Notes under the pieces: generated by a model
Seen by the model: only the letters and a program-made list of their open reading frames with translations
The model's database searches: none
Told to the model about the DNA's origin: nothing
Shown: positions 19,019 to 24,000 of the stretch, piece after piece
Layout of the letters: each line of letters starts with the position of its first letter
How positions within the stretch are numbered: position 1 is the stretch's first letter
Translations under genes and position numbers: made by a program
Assembly: GCA_964530785.1 (NCBI GenBank)
Contig: CAZHBQ010000019.1
Span: 1,601 to 25,600 of the forward strand
DNA: 24,000 bases
From: an uncultured Methanobacteriaceae archaeon
GTDB lineage: Archaea > Methanobacteriota > Methanobacteria > Methanobacteriales > Methanobacteriaceae
Direction: 5' to 3'

Positions 19019-19501
19019 TTATAAGTCTTTAAGTCTAAGATTTTTTATTGCAGTTTTTAAATCATTTCCTGATTCTTTTAATACATTTTCAGCTTCTTCT
19101 TTTGAAATATTAAAAGTAGTAGCTAATGTTTCTAAATCTTCATCAGAATAGGTTATTGTGTTAACATTTGATTTTTTAATAATTTCATCAGCAAGTTCTT
19201 TTTTCAAAGACATATATGTATCATGTGACATTCCAATTGATTCAAGTACTGCATCTCTTAATGGACATGGTTTTGATGCCTTACAACACCATAATAATGA
19301 TCCAAAACATGTTCCATTTCCTTTACCAAGGTCTGTTCTTTTCCCAAATTCTTCTTTAATTTCAACAAATTCTTGTGGACTTAATCCTATTTCTGCTAAT
19401 TTATTATGTACAGGACAAGGTTTTACAGGTGGACAACAAAATGCTAATCCTCTTGCATCTCCTCCTTTACAAATATGTGCTGGTGCATCACTCCATCCCA
19501 T
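19019..19501 (-). CDS. Methanogenesis marker domain 9 protein (8-Cys) with a C-terminal UBA/NAC-like helical domain
   Basis: Two copies of the [WFY]CCxxKPCP[LV] signature ([22 protein letters not shown]) plus further Cys. The C-terminus [37 protein letters not shown] resembles the UBA domain of archaeal NAC. The track GTG 19510 overlaps the RBS (AGGAGTG), so I prefer ATG 19501. Confidence 0.8.
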   Translation of the reverse strand: MGWSDAPAHICKGGDARGLAFCCPPVKPCPVHNKLAEIGLSPQEFVEIKEEFGKRTDLGKGNGTCFGSLLWCCKASKPCPLRDAVLESIGMSHDTYMSLKKELADEIIKKSNVNTITYSDEDLETLATTFNISKEEAENVLKESGNDLKTAIKNLRLKDL

Positions 19502-19621
19502 TATAATCACTCCTAGTTAATTAAAAATTAAATTTATAATATTTTTTCTATAACCTGTATAATTAATAATTATTATCTTATATTTATATTCTACAAAATA
19601 TTTATTTTTTAATATTTAAAC

Positions 19622-20353
19622 TTATTTAAAAATATCATCAATATTTCCATTAAGAGCACCACGTGCAACAGAAACACTATCTGCACCACTTTCTAACATT
19701 CTAATATAATCTTTGTGTGATGTAACACTATTGTTTCCAATTAAATGCATATCTGTCATATTACTAATCTTATTGATAACATCATAATCAGCCTCCATAA
19801 TGCCAGGATTTGTAGCATCAACATGTATGTATTTAACTGGATATGTTTCAATTAATTCAACAATAGATTTTATATTAGTATTTTTGACATTTGCTCTTAT
19901 TTTAACAGAAATATCATAATTTTTATGTGAGCATACTTCTTCTAAAATAGATGAAAGATTATCAAGATTATAAAGTAATCCTTGACCTGCTCCACATTTA
20001 ATCATAGCTTCTTGTCTACAATGAGCATTAACTTCTAAAATATCAATATCTTTATTGTTTTCTAGAATCTTAAAAGATTCATGATTTGTACCTCTTAAAT
20101 TAACACTAATCAAACCCTTCCATTTTGGATTATAGTTGCATATTCGTTGCACTTCATTGCATATATCATCATTTAATGAGGATAAATCATTTAAAAATTC
20201 TTTTCTATTATTTTGAGTATTTTTAATTCCAGCATTAAGAGTTTCAATATCAGAATTATATCCACCTAATGTTATAATATCAACATTTTTATTAGTAAAC
20301 TTTTTAGTAAATTCACCATTATTAATTCCAGCCATTGCTGATAAAACATTCAT
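19622..20353 (-). CDS. Dus/NifR3-related TIM-barrel protein (putative flavin-dependent), function unknown
   Basis: It aligns by eye with dihydrouridine synthases. LSAMAGINNGEF matches LAPMAGxTDxPF. DILEVNAHCRQEAMIKCGAGQGLL matches DxIDINxGCPxxKVxKxGAGSALL. VKIR, IHVD and LIGNNSV..SGADSVSVARGAL also fit. Confidence 0.6.
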   Translation of the reverse strand: MNVLSAMAGINNGEFTKKFTNKNVDIITLGGYNSDIETLNAGIKNTQNNRKEFLNDLSSLNDDICNEVQRICNYNPKWKGLISVNLRGTNHESFKILENNKDIDILEVNAHCRQEAMIKCGAGQGLLYNLDNLSSILEEVCSHKNYDISVKIRANVKNTNIKSIVELIETYPVKYIHVDATNPGIMEADYDVINKISNMTDMHLIGNNSVTSHKDYIRMLESGADSVSVARGALNGNIDDIFK

Positions 20354-20448
20354 ATAAACACCAAAAATTACAGTATTATTAAAATAAATATTTATAAAAA
20401 AAAGATAATCATTTAATATTCTATATATAATAGAATTTAATGATTTAA

Positions 20449-21210
20449 TTATTCAAGATCGTTAAATACAAGTACTGAGTCATCAGTAACTTTTGCACGA
20501 ATATCTTCAAGACCAATATCTGCTAAATCTGCAGCTTTTCCAGCTTTTTTAGCAATACCAATTCCAGCTTTTAATCTAACTCCTGTTTTTGCATCAACAT
20601 TTTTCAAAGCATCACGTAACACATCTTCAGAAATGTTATTTGATGGAGCCATATAATTATCTCCACCTATGAAGAAACATAATCCACCTATCTTAGATAA
20701 TTCTTCCATTAATGCAAAGAGAACTTCATAAACTTTAATAGATGTATCATATGCTGTTTCAACATCAGTTAATAATCCAGTAACATCATCAATATCAATA
20801 TGAGCAATTTGAACTACACTATCATTATCTTCAACTAATGAATCAATATTTAATATTTCAGATCTTTCTGCATTTTGAGCTCCTCCACCTTTCTGAATCA
20901 TTTCAGTTGCAATTTTCTGAGCTTCATATGCTGTTTCGGCACTACCTACACCCATACTGATTGTAATAGGGTAACGATTTCTAATAGAATTTTGGATTAA
21001 TTTATGGTCATCATAATCCATACCATTACTTATTGCAATTAAATTATCAAACCTGTTAAAGAAAACAATTCCACCATGAGCACCAAATTCTCGTTCTAAA
21101 TCACCATATAATCTTGATTGTAAAGTTTGTAGGTCAGGTTCTGCTCTAGGTCCTGGTGTAACAGTCCAAGGTCCATAATTATCTATTTGAATTAATGTAA
21201 TTTGTATCAT
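20449..21210 (-). CDS. gch3: GTP cyclohydrolase III (FAPy-forming; riboflavin/F420 precursor pathway)
   Basis: 253 aa. The N-terminus MIQITLIQIDNYGPWTVTPGPRAEPDLQ is the characteristic start of the archaeal GCH III family (MJ0145-like), as I recall it. Confidence 0.85.
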   Translation of the reverse strand: MIQITLIQIDNYGPWTVTPGPRAEPDLQTLQSRLYGDLEREFGAHGGIVFFNRFDNLIAISNGMDYDDHKLIQNSIRNRYPITISMGVGSAETAYEAQKIATEMIQKGGGAQNAERSEILNIDSLVEDNDSVVQIAHIDIDDVTGLLTDVETAYDTSIKVYEVLFALMEELSKIGGLCFFIGGDNYMAPSNNISEDVLRDALKNVDAKTGVRLKAGIGIAKKAGKAADLADIGLEDIRAKVTDDSVLVFNDLE

Positions 21211-21268
21211 TTAATCACTTTTTAGTGTTCTTCAATATATTCCCTTTTTTTAATATAAAAAAATAAAA

Positions 21269-22165
21269 TTATGAAAGTATTAATCTTGCAAGATTAATCT
21301 TATCTTCCTTTGTTTTTAAAATAATATTATCAACAGATACTTTTTCAATATCTTCTTCTATAATACTTTTATATTTGTTATCTGTAGTATTTATTATATA
21401 ATGATCAAGGAAGTTTTTATATATATTACAAACTCCAATACAATTAACCTCATATCCTTTAGCTTTCATAAATTTACCAGCAGGACCACTTACAGTATCA
21501 TCACCAATAATTGGAGATACACTTGTAACATAACTTTTTTCTAAAGCCTCTTTAACACCAGGCATACTGATAATTGGATTAATTGAAGTTATAGGATTTG
21601 ATGGTCCAATAATTACTTGGTCACAATTTTCAATTGATTCAATAACATTATCTGCAGCTTCAACTTCATCATAAATAACATCATTAACGTGTGGTTTGGC
21701 TTGATTTGTTATTAAAAAATCATGAAAACTCATCATACCTTGATCAGTATCAATAGTAACATGGGATTGCATATTACTCATAGGTAATATTGTTGACTTA
21801 ATATTTAATGCATCTTTTTGTATCCTAACCGCTTCTTGAAGAGTTAAACTTTTAAGAAGTTCAGTTTTCTGAATTTTAAGGCCACGATCCTTATCACCAA
21901 TACGTAATGTTTCATGAAATCCTAATTTTTCTAATGTTTCATGAGTATAGAATGTATCATCACGACGGCCATACCAAAATTCTTCATTAATCAAATCACT
22001 CATTGTATATAGTACAGTATCAATATCAGCAGAAACATAAACTCCTGAAAAATAATTATTCTCAAGAGTATTAACAATAATTGTTAATTCTTCAGGTTTT
22101 ACAATCTCTTTAATTCCTTGAAGTAACTTTGGAGTTCCAGTACCTCCAGATAAAACAGTAATCAT
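21269..22165 (-). CDS. cofD: 2-phospho-L-lactate transferase (F420 biosynthesis)
   Basis: 298 aa. [17 protein letters not shown] is the CofD N-terminal motif. It is adjacent to cofE. Confidence 0.9.
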   Translation of the reverse strand: MITVLSGGTGTPKLLQGIKEIVKPEELTIIVNTLENNYFSGVYVSADIDTVLYTMSDLINEEFWYGRRDDTFYTHETLEKLGFHETLRIGDKDRGLKIQKTELLKSLTLQEAVRIQKDALNIKSTILPMSNMQSHVTIDTDQGMMSFHDFLITNQAKPHVNDVIYDEVEAADNVIESIENCDQVIIGPSNPITSINPIISMPGVKEALEKSYVTSVSPIIGDDTVSGPAGKFMKAKGYEVNCIGVCNIYKNFLDHYIINTTDNKYKSIIEEDIEKVSVDNIILKTKEDKINLARLILS

Positions 22166-22174
22166 AAACTATCA

Positions 22175-22939
22175 CTACCTAAATGCATCAGTTTCTTCAT
22201 CACGTAATATTTCATTAATTGATGCTTCATTACTATTACATTTAACATATGATGTATCATATCCTCTTATTAAAACAAGACACATTCCACTATCAGATTG
22301 TCCCATAATAAGTGATGCAGCACTTGCAAGTTCATCAGCTGTAGCTTCAATAGTACTTTTTAACTCACGTCCATACAAGTCAACATCGCCACGAAAATCA
22401 GTGCAAGGATGAATTCCACTAACACCAACACTAACTCCTATTGCTCCTACACGCCATGGTCTTCCCTGAGTATCAGATATTATAACACCAATTTCTGCTC
22501 CATATTTCTTATCAAGATATTCCTTAATTTCTCTAGCACTTCTATCAGGATCAACAGGAAGTGGTGTAACATAACCTTCCTCACAATTACTATTATCAAT
22601 TCCAGAATTTGCACATATAAATCCTTTTTCAGTTTGAGTAATAATAAGTCCTTCTTGGCATCTGATAATACTTTTTGTATGATCAAGAATAATTTGACAT
22701 TCTTTTGGATCTTTACCACTTTTTTCTGACATTTCATAAGCTTTCTTGGAAGGTTTTACATCTTCAATTTTAACATAATTATTTTCAGCTTTAGAAACAA
22801 CAGTTTCAGCAAGAACTAATATATCATCATTTCTTAATTCAATTTGATTTTTAGATAATGTGTTGAATATAATTTCAGGTAAATTATCATTTTTCTTAAT
22901 AATTGGAAAATCTTCAATTCCAATAATTTCTAATTTCAT
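22175..22939 (-). CDS. cofE: F420-0:gamma-glutamyl ligase
   Basis: 254 aa. VLAETVVSKAEN and ISDTQGRPWRVGAIGVSVGVSG match the CofE core. Its stop lies 9 nt before the cofD ATG. Confidence 0.9.
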   Translation of the reverse strand: MKLEIIGIEDFPIIKKNDNLPEIIFNTLSKNQIELRNDDILVLAETVVSKAENNYVKIEDVKPSKKAYEMSEKSGKDPKECQIILDHTKSIIRCQEGLIITQTEKGFICANSGIDNSNCEEGYVTPLPVDPDRSAREIKEYLDKKYGAEIGVIISDTQGRPWRVGAIGVSVGVSGIHPCTDFRGDVDLYGRELKSTIEATADELASAASLIMGQSDSGMCLVLIRGYDTSYVKCNSNEASINEILRDEETDAFR

Positions 22940-23019
22940 TCTAAATCTCTCTATATATAATAAGTACTTAATTTAAGTTTTACTAGTTATAATTTTTATA
23001 ATTTTTAAATAATAAGCTT

Positions 23020-23027
23020 TATATAAA
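23020..23027 (-). promoter_or_regulatory. Exact TTTATATA (archaeal TATA consensus), candidate cofE-cofD promoter
   Basis: The minus strand reads CTTTTTATATAAAG, 81-88 nt upstream of the cofE ATG. The element is nearly palindromic, so its orientation is not certain. Confidence 0.3.
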
Positions 23028-23045
23028 AAGGTTGGGTGTAGAGTG

Positions 23046-23066
23046 TGAAGTTCTGTTAAAACTTCA
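23046..23066 (-). terminator. 7-bp stem hairpin (TGAAGTT-N7-AACTTCA) about 80 nt 3' of the pglX-like stop, followed on the minus strand by ACACCCAACCTTTTT
   Basis: Read directly. The T-run is only 5 nt and overlaps the TATA-like element, so the terminator role is tentative. Confidence 0.3.
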
Positions 23067-23142
23067 ACATGGATTTTCAATACTGGGTTCTTTATTTCTA
23101 CTTCTTTTAGTTACATAGTAATTATAACTTAATTTAGCTAAA

Positions 23143-24000
23143 TTATATTTTTTTGAGTAAATCAACCTTTTTAACCTTCTGGTTTTCATTACTTATTTCA
23201 ACCTTCTGGAACTTAGCATAATTAACTTTCACACCATCATCAAGGTCAATACCTATTTTCTTTGCAGCCATATAACCTAAAACATCATCATAAACTCTGG
23301 TTTCATCTAACTGTTTTTCAAGCTTATTTTTCTCCTTTTTAGCTTTTTGAACTTCTTTAGTTGAAGAAGAATTACTAATAATGTTATCTTCTGTATTTAT
23401 TCTGTCATTAATTGCTCGCTGTGTTTTATGAAGGTAGTCTGTTCTAATACGGCTAAGGGTATCTGGGTTGTACCTGTGCATATAAATTAGGCAATTAAAT
23501 CCATCTTTGTTTCCACTAGTGAAATACCAGTAGATTGGACATTTCTGGTACATTTTCACATGGTCTTTATAGAAATCTTTTAAAAAGTAATTTCTTATAA
23601 CCTCACGACTAGTACTACCTTTATTATTTAAAGAATCAGCAATATATTTAAGATTCTTTTCTAAGTTTTCCTTACCAAAACAAACTCCTACAAAGTCACA
23701 GAAACGATTAACAATATCATCATCAAAATAATCAGTGTCAAGAACAGGAATAATATTATCATCATCAGGAACAAACTTATTGTAGTTATTTAAATCAAAT
23801 TCTCCACCAGCATAGACAATACCATCCTCGTTGAGTGAATAACGTCCAAACATACAACCAACAGCATAAGAAATAAAAGACTTAATATCACCTTCGCGGT
23901 CAGCGAGATTCAAACTAATATCACTATCAGTTAACTCAGTGGATGTGACACCATAAATCTCATCAAACAAACTGTTAATCTCAAGTTCATTATTCTTTGT
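23143..24000 (-). CDS. pglX: C-terminal part of a PglX-like N6-adenine DNA methyltransferase (BREX / type IIG Eco57I-like family); gene continues beyond the window
   Basis: The frame is open to nt 24000 (..TKNNELEINS precedes the track's TTG 23970), so the 275 aa shown are only a C-terminal fragment. FYKDHVKMYQKCPIYWYFTSGNKDGFNCLIYMHRYNPDTLSRIRTDYLH, a coiled KAKKEKNKLEKQLDE, and IDLDDGVKVNYAKF near the end match my memory of PglX C-terminal regions. Confidence 0.7.
   Translation of the reverse strand, partial: TKNNELEINSLFDEIYGVTSTELTDSDISLNLADREGDIKSFISYAVGCMFGRYSLNEDGIVYAGGEFDLNNYNKFVPDDDNIIPVLDTDYFDDDIVNRFCDFVGVCFGKENLEKNLKYIADSLNNKGSTSREVIRNYFLKDFYKDHVKMYQKCPIYWYFTSGNKDGFNCLIYMHRYNPDTLSRIRTDYLHKTQRAINDRINTEDNIISNSSSTKEVQKAKKEKNKLEKQLDETRVYDDVLGYMAAKKIGIDLDDGVKVNYAKFQKVEISNENQKVKKVDLLKKI

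Noticed and set aside
18569-19520. Plus-strand ORFs 18569..18766 and 19158..19520 opposite sirC and the marker-9 gene
   Set aside because: They are antisense shadows. The 120-aa one exists only because the Cys/Gly/Pro-rich marker-9 codons are stop-poor on the complement.
22409-22737. Two overlapping ORFs (106 aa plus-strand, 85 aa minus-strand alternate frame) within cofE
   Set aside because: They are nested in cofE with low-complexity translations.

Overview
This window looks like core chromosome from a very AT-rich methanogenic euryarchaeon. Hand-counted lines give about 25-30% GC, and the gene set resembles Methanobacteriales (Methanobrevibacter/Methanosphaera-like). Nearly every long ORF is a recognisable housekeeping gene. 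Left to right they are: a CBS-domain protein (probably cut by the left edge), pheA, two small membrane/secreted proteins, coaBC, the nop5-flpA box C/D RNP pair, pyrD-pyrK, hjc, gdhA, a trxB-small ORF-AAA ATPase unit, gatD-gatE, a Usp protein, sirC-hemA, a methanogenesis-marker-9 domain protein next to a Dus/NifR3-like TIM-barrel protein, and gch3-cofD-cofE. All genes from 8210 to the right edge are on the minus strand. I found no rRNA, tRNA, CRISPR array, transposase or integrase. The only accessory-looking element is at the far right (23143 to the window end). It is the 3' end of a PglX-like (BREX / type IIG) DNA methyltransferase gene that runs out of the window, so I cannot see a complete novel system here. 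Other points worth a second look:
- NrpR-type GGAA-N6-TTCC operator matches upstream of a compositionally atypical gdhA.
- A clearly coding SHOCT-like segment with no canonical start codon.
- An unfused marker-9/UBA-like protein beside a Dus-like TIM barrel.
- Shared palindromes in convergent spacers.
- A recurring C-rich block followed by an oligo-T run at 3' ends.
All functional calls rest on motif recognition by eye; no database search was run.
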